Assembly: GCA_003331605.1 (NCBI GenBank)
Contig: QOPD01000001.1
Span: 19,936-83,935, forward strand
Length of the DNA: 64,000 bases
Reading direction: 5' to 3'
Origin: SAR86 cluster bacterium
GTDB taxonomy: Bacteria; Pseudomonadota; Gammaproteobacteria; Magnimaribacterales; TMED112
The notes beneath the pieces were generated by a model. That model was not told the origin of the DNA. It was given only the letters and a program-made list of their open reading frames with translations, and did no database searches. This document shows, piece after piece, positions 31,421 through 39,131 of the stretch; within the stretch, counting starts at the first letter, position 1; each line of letters opens with the position of its first letter. Made by a program: the position numbers and the translations under genes.

Positions 31421-31957
31421 CTATCTAAATCTGATATTCGAAAAAACTTTCTTGATAAGCGTTTGCAGCTCAGTTTTGCACAAAGATTTGCCCTTTCTAA
31501 GAAAATCCACAACAACTTAATTAAACAGTCTGCCTATAGAAAAAGTAAGAATATTGGAATTTTCATGCCCATACAAAATGAGCCAATATTATTTCTTGAT
31601 CATAGAAAAATAAATTATGTTCCTGTCATCAAAAATGAGCATCTGCAGTATTGTTATCTTAGAAAATTACTAGCGCAAAAAAGCTTTAACATTCTTGAAC
31701 CCATAAAAAAAGAGCATGTCCAAGTAAAGAAATTGAATCTATTGATTGTTCCTTTTATAGCATTTAATGAAGATCTCCACAGAGTAGGTTATGGCAAAGG
31801 TTATTTTGATCGCCTTTTATCGCTAATTGTACACCAACACTACCGACCAAAAATATGGGGTATTGGCTATCAGTTTCAGATATATCAAAACTCTTTTCAG
31901 GATAAAAGTGATATAAGATTAGATAAAATAATTACCGACCGAAAAATATATGAATAA
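31409..31957 (+). CDS. 5-formyltetrahydrofolate cyclo-ligase
   Basis: 182 aa with the K..IR......R N-terminus and a GYGKGYFDR motif. Downstream of 6S RNA, like E. coli ygfA. Confidence 0.8.
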   Translation: MIQTLSKSDIRKNFLDKRLQLSFAQRFALSKKIHNNLIKQSAYRKSKNIGIFMPIQNEPILFLDHRKINYVPVIKNEHLQYCYLRKLLAQKSFNILEPIKKEHVQVKKLNLLIVPFIAFNEDLHRVGYGKGYFDRLLSLIVHQHYRPKIWGIGYQFQIYQNSFQDKSDIRLDKIITDRKIYE

Positions 31958-32624
31958 AAAACTTAATGCTGCAGAAGGAGCTTATAACAAAATTCTTAAT
32001 ATTTGTTCAGGCGATATTGTCATCGGCATTGGAACTGGCAGTACCACTGATATTTTCACTCAAACCTTTTTGCCTAAACTTAAAAATAGGATAACAAAGA
32101 TATATTCAAGTTCTCATAGGTCAACTAAGCTTTTGGATTCGTTGGGGTTTGCTGTTGTCGAAAGTTTACCAACCACACAGTGTATTGATATCTACGTTGA
32201 TGGAGCCGATGAAATTGATATAGATTTAAATCTAATTAAAGGTGGAGGTGGTGCTCACTATAGAGAAAAAATGCTCACAAAAGCCTCATCCTATTTTCTA
32301 TGTATTGCTGACGATTCAAAAAGAGTTAATGCTCTTGGAGCGTTTGGCATTCCAGTAGAGATAAGGGCTGAAAGATTAGACTTTGTTAAAAAAGAATTGT
32401 TGGGACACTTTCCTGAATTTTCACAAAGAGATGCCTTGTCAGATAATGGGAATGTCTTGGCAGACCTTAGAGGCAAAATTTTAGAAGAGCCTATTAAATT
32501 TGAAAAAATAGTTAATGGCATTGAAGGAGTTGTGGAGGTAGGTATCTTTGCAGTTGACAGACCTAACCTTGCAATAATAGGACTTGAAAATGGCTATGAA
32601 TTGATGGAATCTTCAATGGCTTGA
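31950..32624 (+). CDS. rpiA: Ribose-5-phosphate isomerase A
   Basis: IGIGTGST, DGADEID and KGGGGAHYREK motifs. Confidence 0.9.
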   Translation: MNKKLNAAEGAYNKILNICSGDIVIGIGTGSTTDIFTQTFLPKLKNRITKIYSSSHRSTKLLDSLGFAVVESLPTTQCIDIYVDGADEIDIDLNLIKGGGGAHYREKMLTKASSYFLCIADDSKRVNALGAFGIPVEIRAERLDFVKKELLGHFPEFSQRDALSDNGNVLADLRGKILEEPIKFEKIVNGIEGVVEVGIFAVDRPNLAIIGLENGYELMESSMA

Positions 32625-33127
32625 ACAACCATCGAGTCTTTTGGATCAATTTTATGAGAAAAGCTTTTTACTGTACCGTCTTTTGTGATCAGGTACTTAT
32701 GGAAATTCCACCTAGGCCTCTCTTTTGTAGCTAAAAAAAGCTTTTTGTAAAAAGGGTGTGTATTTGCAGCACCAACATTGGTTAAAGAGAACAATGGAAA
32801 GCTTATGTCATAGTTTGTTTTACAGAACTCTTCAACTTTTTGCTCTTCATCAAATTCTTGATATAAAAAGTTTCGTGAAGGGAAACCTAAAACTACAAAA
32901 TCATCATCGCTATAAGTTCTATTGAGTTCCTCTAGTTGTTCATATTGGTAAGTAAATCCGCACTTGCTGGCAGTATTAACAATTAATATCGTCTTTTCAC
33001 TGTATTCACAAAGATCCTGATACTCGCTTTTGTTGAGTACTTTTACTTTTTCATCTAACAAAGGCGGGCAGCCAGCATAGAAGATGCTAGACAAAAATAA
33101 AATTAATAAACCTCGAAATTTAACCAT
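32594..33127 (-). CDS. Glutathione peroxidase family (Cys type, exported)
   Basis: Signal-like N-terminus, NTASKCGFT active-site motif, FPSRNFLYQE and WNFHKYLI motifs. Confidence 0.88.
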   Translation of the reverse strand: MVKFRGLLILFLSSIFYAGCPPLLDEKVKVLNKSEYQDLCEYSEKTILIVNTASKCGFTYQYEQLEELNRTYSDDDFVVLGFPSRNFLYQEFDEEQKVEEFCKTNYDISFPLFSLTNVGAANTHPFYKKLFLATKERPRWNFHKYLITKDGTVKSFSHKIDPKDSMVVQAIEDSINS

Positions 33128-33245
33128 TCGGTGATATGCCTAAAAGTAATACTAAAAATATTAGACACAATACTACAAGTTCTAAAGATTCTGAAAGTTT
33201 TTCTCTCATATTACCCAACCATAAAACCTCTCCAATTATTATTTG

Positions 33246-33273
33246 CTAAAAATAATGGGGCCGAAGCCCCATT
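33246..33273 (-). terminator. Rho-independent terminator (minus strand)
   Basis: The minus strand reads AATGGGGC-TTCG-GCCCCATT followed by ATTTTTAG. The plus-strand reading lacks a T tract. Confidence 0.7.
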
Positions 33274-33310
33274 AGTGCCAGTCATGGGGGAGAGGAGAGA
33301 CTGACTTAGT
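33246..33310 (-). ncRNA. Candidate ~65-nt sRNA or transcription-attenuator leader of gpx
   Basis: Promoter-like TTGATA-16-TATTAT (33344-33317), then a 7-bp hairpin (33305-33277) with a 15-nt CU-rich loop, then an intrinsic terminator. Based on structure only; I recognise no family match. Confidence 0.35.
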
Positions 33311-33383
33311 ATAGTAATAATAACTAATTATTTATTAATATCAATAGTTTTTATAAATAAATATAAATAATTTTTATATCTAA

Positions 33384-33914
33384 TTAAAGGGTTATGTTTA
33401 CTGCTGTTCCGAGTGAAATTTTAGAAAAAAGGTTGATAACATCTAAATTTGACATACGAATACAACCTTTTGATGCCTTACTGCCTAATCTCCATTCTTC
33501 CGGAGTTCCGTGTATGTAGATGTATCTTTGAAATGAATCAACACCAGTACCTTTATTTTTTCCTAGCTCGAGGCCTTCCAGCCATATTACTCTGCTTTGC
33601 ACAACATCGTCTTTAACTATGATCTTTTCTTCATCGTGAATAGGGTAGATTTCACCATTGAAGATACGACCGATAAGCCTGCCGCCATAGGGCACTTGAT
33701 CTCCTATTAGTTTTTTTACAGCGTGTTTCCCTAAGGGTGTTTTAAATGATCCTTCTTTGGAACCCTCACCAAAGGCAGAAGTAGAAATTACATACTCCTC
33801 AACAATGGAATCATTTTCAATCAAATATAACTTTTGTTCCGATATTGAAATCTCAATTTCTGTGCCACTAATTATATTCATAATCGTTATTAAAAGAATA
33901 AGTATTGTTCTCAC
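33384..33914 (-). CDS. L,D-transpeptidase (YkuD domain)
   Basis: HGTPEEWRLGSKASKGCIRMSN catalytic motif. Start moved to GTG 33914, which overlaps the lnt TGA (GTGA) and yields signal peptide M-RTILILLITIMNIISG. The track start 33980 would overlap lnt by 70 nt. Confidence 0.8.
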   Translation of the reverse strand: MRTILILLITIMNIISGTEIEISISEQKLYLIENDSIVEEYVISTSAFGEGSKEGSFKTPLGKHAVKKLIGDQVPYGGRLIGRIFNGEIYPIHDEEKIIVKDDVVQSRVIWLEGLELGKNKGTGVDSFQRYIYIHGTPEEWRLGSKASKGCIRMSNLDVINLFSKISLGTAVNITL

Positions 33915-35146
33915 TCTTTTATTCTTCCCCGCAATATGATCAATAACAATACTAATGTAGAAAAAATTAATAGTGGCCAATTTCCTAAAAGTAGAAATAT
34001 TGTGCTTTCCGTATTCAAATAAACATCATCGATTATGTAACCATCTTTACCCCTAATTAGTTTTTTATCCTCGTATGAAAGAGATGGTGAGACAATAGAG
34101 CTTATTCCATCTTTGGTTGATCTTGCTACCCATTTATTAGATTCAACTGCTCTTGATTTCACATGCTTGTAATGCTGCATAGGCATAGCACCTCCATACC
34201 AACTGTCATTGCTCACATGAAATATCATTGATGCATTTCTAGTTCTTTTTAAAAAGGTACTATCAAACACCAATTCCCAACATATAAGGCCAGATGCCTC
34301 CTGTCCTTGAACAGAGATATTTGCTTGATTAACTGCACCACGAGATAAGCTTTTAAAATATGGACTAACAAAAAATGAACTTAATGAATTAAGCAATCCA
34401 CCTAATGGTTGAAACTCACCAAATGGAACAAGATTTCTTTTATCTATTTTTTCACCTGTGCTCAAATTAACAATTGAATTGTATATATCCTCATCTCCGG
34501 TATAGAAGCCACCTATTATTTCTTTCCCGGAATTAAGATCTAGATTTTGCTTTAGTTGCGAAACGGCTTCAGGCCAGACAATAACGTCAGCATCTAGCTT
34601 ATTTGTGACCTTTATTAATTTATCCAAACTTAGATCGACTGGCTGTATAACGGCAGTCTTTAAAGGCGTCAGATTTTCATTTGATTGAAAGTGGCCTGGA
34701 CCAAAAACCAATGAAAGAAAAATCAAACCTGACAATGGGATGAAGAGCCTTGTTTCTTTTGATTTTGCAATTAGAGCAACTCCAAGCACTATTAGAAAAC
34801 TTGTACCTGCAACCCCCACTATTGGCAACATTCCCCATAGTTCCTCAGCAATCATTCCTAGTTTTAACCAGGGGATACCTGTCAACAGATATGATCTGAC
34901 AAACTCCAATAAAAAAAAAGCAGATGGAGCTATGAAAACAAAATATTTATGCTTCCAATAGTAGCTACATATTGCAGAAAATAGACCAAAATATAATGAA
35001 AGGTAGGAGATTAAGACTGCAGAGATAGCCAGACTAGCAAACATGCCAGCGCCATAGAAATTGATAGCACTGAAAATCCATGAACCATTTAAAGACCAAA
35101 ACACAACCCCTAGAAGAAATCCAATTAGAAAGGGATGGTTTTTCAA
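33911..35146 (-). CDS. lnt: Apolipoprotein N-acyltransferase (short form)
   Basis: N-terminal TM bundle plus a nitrilase-fold domain with VIVWPEA (Glu), DKRNLVPFGEF (Lys) and LICWE (Cys). Last gene of the miaB-ybeZ-ybeY-corC-lnt cluster. Confidence 0.8.
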   Translation of the reverse strand: MKNHPFLIGFLLGVVFWSLNGSWIFSAINFYGAGMFASLAISAVLISYLSLYFGLFSAICSYYWKHKYFVFIAPSAFFLLEFVRSYLLTGIPWLKLGMIAEELWGMLPIVGVAGTSFLIVLGVALIAKSKETRLFIPLSGLIFLSLVFGPGHFQSNENLTPLKTAVIQPVDLSLDKLIKVTNKLDADVIVWPEAVSQLKQNLDLNSGKEIIGGFYTGDEDIYNSIVNLSTGEKIDKRNLVPFGEFQPLGGLLNSLSSFFVSPYFKSLSRGAVNQANISVQGQEASGLICWELVFDSTFLKRTRNASMIFHVSNDSWYGGAMPMQHYKHVKSRAVESNKWVARSTKDGISSIVSPSLSYEDKKLIRGKDGYIIDDVYLNTESTIFLLLGNWPLLIFSTLVLLLIILRGRIKE

Positions 35147-35934
35147 TTAACTCGTACCGTTATTTTTTTTATTTTTCTTTGATCCGCAGAAGTTACAACA
35201 AGGTCTAGCCCCTCTAGAGTCAAGCATTCTCCTATTTTAGGCATAAAACCTATTTCTTTGAGCATGAATCCTCCTAAACTTTCTGCTTCCGGGCAATCTA
35301 AAAAGACATTAAAGAACTCTTCAAACTTCTCTTTCTCAATGGTGGCTGAAACAATAAATTCATTTTCATTTATTTTTATGATCTCATCGTTCTTTTCCTC
35401 ATAAAACTCGTCTTCAATCTCACCAACAATCTCTTCTAAAATATCTTCAATTGTTATCAAGCCTACAAGCATTCCATATTCATCTATTACCATTGCAAGG
35501 TGAGCACGATCTTTTTTAAAATCCTCTAACATAGAAGTAACATATTTAGTTTCGGGTACAATTTTTACTTCCCTAATTAGCTCATTTATATTGAACACAT
35601 CATTTGACGATCCAATGATCTCAATCAAATCTTTGACGTGTAAAATTCCGATTACCTTGGCATTATTTTCATCATATACTGGATAACGCGAGTGACGTGT
35701 TTCATTAATAACACTAATTATTTCTTGTAAGTTTTGGGTTTCATTTAGAGAGGAAATATTAATTTCAGGAATCATAATCTCCTTAACTACTGTTCCCTTG
35801 ATCTTTAATACATTTTCGATGAGTTCTTGGATCTGCTCATCATTTGGCTGATCAGAATCTAACTTTGGCTCTGAGTTTAAATTTACAAGATTTTTGAGCT
35901 TAGAAAATAAAGATTGCGAGGAGTCTTCTGACAT
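35143..35934 (-). CDS. corC: CBS-pair / CorC_HlyC domain protein (Mg/Co efflux-associated CorC)
   Basis: Tandem CBS domains and a C-terminal transporter-associated domain, with conserved synteny. Confidence 0.85.
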   Translation of the reverse strand: MSEDSSQSLFSKLKNLVNLNSEPKLDSDQPNDEQIQELIENVLKIKGTVVKEIMIPEINISSLNETQNLQEIISVINETRHSRYPVYDENNAKVIGILHVKDLIEIIGSSNDVFNINELIREVKIVPETKYVTSMLEDFKKDRAHLAMVIDEYGMLVGLITIEDILEEIVGEIEDEFYEEKNDEIIKINENEFIVSATIEKEKFEEFFNVFLDCPEAESLGGFMLKEIGFMPKIGECLTLEGLDLVVTSADQRKIKKITVRVN

Positions 35935-36410
35935 TATTTGTATGGATTATCTATACCAATTGATTTTAAAAAATTTGTTTCTTTGTTTTCCATAAATATA
36001 GCATCTTCTTCTTTGTCATGCATGTAGCCTACCAAGTGAAGCAATGCATGAAAAAGTAAATGTGAAAAATGATGTTCTAGCTTCTTGCCTTGTTCTAAGC
36101 TTTCTTGAATTAAAATTTCTGCACATATTAAAACTTCTCCATGACATTTATTAATAACCTTTTTTGGTTGCTCTGATGGAAAAGCAAGAACATTAGTAGG
36201 GTAATCTTTATCTCTAAATTGTTTATTAACATCTTTTATTTCGAGCGGTGATAAAAAACTAACTTCAGCAAAAATCTCCTTTAAGTCAAAATAAGTTCTA
36301 AATTTCTCTAACTTGCTTTCTAATTGCTTCATAAATTTAGATATTGATTTAGGGGTATTATGAAACTCAATGGTTACGTATTTATTCGAAATTATCATAT
36401 GCCTGAACAA
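35934..36410 (-). CDS. ybeY: Endoribonuclease YbeY
   Basis: Zinc motif HLLFHALLHLVGYMHD. Confidence 0.9.
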   Translation of the reverse strand: MFRHMIISNKYVTIEFHNTPKSISKFMKQLESKLEKFRTYFDLKEIFAEVSFLSPLEIKDVNKQFRDKDYPTNVLAFPSEQPKKVINKCHGEVLICAEILIQESLEQGKKLEHHFSHLLFHALLHLVGYMHDKEEDAIFMENKETNFLKSIGIDNPYK

Positions 36411-37323
36411 TTTCTTGTACCAAGGAGTGTCTAATTACGTCTTTTGCCCCAAAGTGTGTAAATTTAATTGAATCAACATCTTTTAGAACCTCAATGGAGT
36501 TTCTTAGTCCAGATGTAATATTCTTTGGCAGGTCTATTTGGCTCAAATCGCCATTTACAACTGCTTTAGATCCAAACCCTAAACGTGTTAAAAACATTTT
36601 CATTTGTTCAATGGTGGTGTTCTGACCTTCATCCATAATAATGAATGCTTCTCTTAAGGTCCTGCCACGCATATATGCAAGAGGAGCAATTTCGATAATA
36701 TCTCGTTCAGCCAGCCTATTGACTCTTTCTGCACCCAGCATATCGTGCAAAGCATCATATAGGGGTCTGAGATATGGATCAATTTTAGAGCTTAAATCTC
36801 CAGGCAAGAATCCCAACCTTTCTCCAGCTTCAACTGCAGGGCGAACTAAAACAATCTTTCTAATTTTTTCTTTTAAAAGATCGTCAACTGCACATGCAAC
36901 AGCTAAAAAGGTTTTTCCTGTCCCAGAAGGGCCAACTCCAAAAGTAAGATCAGACTTCTGAATATTCTCAATATATTCTTTTTGATTTTTACCTCGCGCA
37001 GTAATATTTACTCTCGGTGTTTTAATGTTTGTAAAGCCTTTTGCTTCATCATCATCAGAAAATTTTGCAGTATGCAGGCTTAAGTGAACAAGGTCTGGAG
37101 TAATTATAGAATTTAGATCTAATTTTTCTTTCAAATCCAAGAGAGCTGAGACAGCAATGCCAACGTCAGCTTTTTTACCAGAAAGATCAAATTCAGTTCC
37201 GTTTTGGCTGACCTTAATTTTTAATGCTTTTTCGATCTGTTTTAGATGCTTATTAAACTCCCCGCATAAAAGTTGCAGACGATCGGGGCTAAGATTGGAA
37301 AAGTTTAAATTATGGTTATACAA
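36382..37323 (-). CDS. ybeZ: PhoH-like ATPase YbeZ
   Basis: Walker A GPSGTGKTFLA and FIIMDEGQNTT, with synteny next to ybeY. Confidence 0.9.
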   Translation of the reverse strand: MYNHNLNFSNLSPDRLQLLCGEFNKHLKQIEKALKIKVSQNGTEFDLSGKKADVGIAVSALLDLKEKLDLNSIITPDLVHLSLHTAKFSDDDEAKGFTNIKTPRVNITARGKNQKEYIENIQKSDLTFGVGPSGTGKTFLAVACAVDDLLKEKIRKIVLVRPAVEAGERLGFLPGDLSSKIDPYLRPLYDALHDMLGAERVNRLAERDIIEIAPLAYMRGRTLREAFIIMDEGQNTTIEQMKMFLTRLGFGSKAVVNGDLSQIDLPKNITSGLRNSIEVLKDVDSIKFTHFGAKDVIRHSLVQEIVQAYDNFE

Positions 37324-37328
37324 AAGCT

Positions 37329-38648
37329 TTAGTGTTCAATGGTTCCTCTGAGTGAGTTAGCCAAAACATCATTAATTCGAATATTAACCAATTGACCAGC
37401 CAAATCAATACCATTGCTATCAAAATTAACAACTCTGTTGCATTCGGTTCTAGCTTGATATTCATCTTTGTTCTTTTTTGATTTACCTGAAACCAAACAG
37501 CTTTGTATAGATCCCAGTAATTTCTCGCTGCGTTCAGTTGCATACACATTCAAAAGTTCTTGAAGTTCATTGAGCCTCTGCTTTTTTTCAACATCAGAAA
37601 CATTATCTTTCATACCAGCTGCTGGGGTGCCAGGTCTTTGGCTGTAAATAAAGCTGTAAGAATTATCAAACTTTACTTCTTCAACAAGTTGCATGGTTTC
37701 ATGAAAGTCAGATTTTTTTTCACCAGGAAATCCAACTATGAAATCAGAAGAAACTGGAATATCAGGTCTAATTTTTTTGATATCACCAATAATCTCTAAA
37801 TATTTTTGTTTTGTGTAGTCGCGCTTCATTCTTCGTAAAATCTCATTGGAGCCAGACTGCACTGGCAAATGAAATTGATTTGCCAACTTAGGCACAGATT
37901 GATAACAGTCCAGAAGGTTCATATCTACATCATTAGGATGAGAAGTTGTAAATCTGATTCTTTTTATCTCATCAAATTCAGCAATGATTTGAATAAGGTC
38001 ACCTATTCTTAACTGACGATCTTCCCATACTGCGGTAAATGCATTCACATTTTGCCCAAGCAAGGTAATTTCTGTTGCACCATTTTTAATTAAATCTACT
38101 ACTTCTTTCAAAATGCTATCTAGATTCCTGCTTACCTCTTCCCCTCTCGTATATGGAACAACACAAAATGTACAAAACTTTGAGCAACCTTCCATTATTG
38201 TTAAATACACAGAGCTCTCTGATCTAGATACTTGTGGCATCTCATCAAACTTTTTTATCTCATCAAATGTAGTTTCTACTACTTGAATTTTTGAGGATTT
38301 CTCCAATAGATCATTGGTTTTATGGAGATCCTGAGGGCCAAAAACAACATTCACATAGGGAGCTCTTTTGAAGATATTTTTTCCCTCTTGTGCAGCAACA
38401 CAACCAGCTACTCCTATTTTTAAGTTTTTATTTTTCTCTTTAAATTTTCTTATTCGACCTAGCTCATGGAATACCTTTTCTTCCGCTTTCTCTCTGATTG
38501 AGCATGTATTCAGAATTACAATATCAGCGTCGGCAGGCTTATCGATTAATTCAATTTTTTCTTTTGAATTTAATACATCTATAATCTTTCCAGAATCATA
38601 TTGATTCATCTGGCAACCATAAGTCTTGATGTATAGTTTTTTTGTCAT
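37329..38648 (-). CDS. miaB: tRNA-i6A37 methylthiotransferase
   Basis: KTYGCQMNQYDS N-terminal cluster, radical-SAM CSKFCTFCVVP, and a TRAM C-terminus. Confidence 0.93.
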   Translation of the reverse strand: MTKKLYIKTYGCQMNQYDSGKIIDVLNSKEKIELIDKPADADIVILNTCSIREKAEEKVFHELGRIRKFKEKNKNLKIGVAGCVAAQEGKNIFKRAPYVNVVFGPQDLHKTNDLLEKSSKIQVVETTFDEIKKFDEMPQVSRSESSVYLTIMEGCSKFCTFCVVPYTRGEEVSRNLDSILKEVVDLIKNGATEITLLGQNVNAFTAVWEDRQLRIGDLIQIIAEFDEIKRIRFTTSHPNDVDMNLLDCYQSVPKLANQFHLPVQSGSNEILRRMKRDYTKQKYLEIIGDIKKIRPDIPVSSDFIVGFPGEKKSDFHETMQLVEEVKFDNSYSFIYSQRPGTPAAGMKDNVSDVEKKQRLNELQELLNVYATERSEKLLGSIQSCLVSGKSKKNKDEYQARTECNRVVNFDSNGIDLAGQLVNIRINDVLANSLRGTIEH

Positions 38649-38659
38649 ATATTCATATT

Positions 38660-38977
38660 GTGAAGCAAAAAATTTATAAAATTAAGTTTATTCAAGTAGG
38701 TGAAGTATACGAAATATTTGCAAAGAATATATATCAAAGCGACCTCTATGGTTTTATCGAAGTTGAGGGTTATGTTTTCGATAAAAGTTCAAAATTAGTG
38801 GTTGATACCTCTGAGGAAAAATTAAAATCAGAGTTTACTGATGTTAAAAGAACTTACGTGCCTATTAATTCTGTAGTAAGAATAGATGAGGTAACTGAGC
38901 TTGGAAAATCAAGGATCTCTAAAGCTGATCCAAAAAATATTGCTCAGTTTCCGCTGAATATTGCTCCAAAAAAATAG
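38660..38977 (+). CDS. DUF1820 family protein
   Basis: IYKIKFIQVGEVYEIFAKNIYQSDLYGFIEVEGYVF matches the DUF1820 N-terminal pattern as recalled. Start moved to GTG 38660 to avoid overlap with the miaB start. Confidence 0.55.
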   Translation: MKQKIYKIKFIQVGEVYEIFAKNIYQSDLYGFIEVEGYVFDKSSKLVVDTSEEKLKSEFTDVKRTYVPINSVVRIDEVTELGKSRISKADPKNIAQFPLNIAPKK

Positions 38978-39090
38978 TATTTTATTTAAAGAGAGTTTTT
39001 CTGTAGAACTTCAATGACACTTTCATTGTAGACTTAAAATAGCACCTTACCTATTTCGAAAAAGACTTTTTTTTATTCAATTTATGATTA

Positions 39091-39108
39091 CTGTCGTTAA
39101 TTTGTAAC
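39091..39108 (+). promoter_or_regulatory. Pho-box-like site upstream of phoD
   Basis: CTGTCGT-TAAT-TTGTAAC is two 7-mers at 11-bp phase resembling the PhoB consensus CTGTCAT-A(A/T)A(A/T)-CTGTCA(C/T). A possible -10, TAAACT, lies at 39119-24. Confidence 0.4.
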
Positions 39109-39131
39109 AAACCTTCAATAAACTAAAGTTC

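Noticed and set aside
33254-33305. Plus-strand reading of the spacer structure: a terminator for a plus-strand gene, a GGA-rich CsrA-sponge-like loop (UGGGGGAGAGGAGAGAC), or the tiny ORF MGERRD
   Set aside because: No co-oriented plus-strand gene ends upstream, and the hairpin has no following T tract on the plus strand. There is only a single GGA-rich loop rather than the multiple ones of Csr/Rsm sRNAs. The 6-codon ORF has no support. The minus-strand interpretation fits a promoter, hairpin, terminator and gpx.
36382-37323. PhoH-like ATPase as evidence for a Pho-regulon cluster
   Set aside because: It is the YbeZ member of the conserved miaB-ybeZ-ybeY-corC-lnt cluster. I saw no Pho-box-like repeat upstream of it.
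38641-38662. TTGTCATATAT at the miaB/DUF1820 junction resembling a Pho half-site
   Set aside because: It is a single 7-mer with no phased second repeat. The CAT is the miaB start codon on the other strand.
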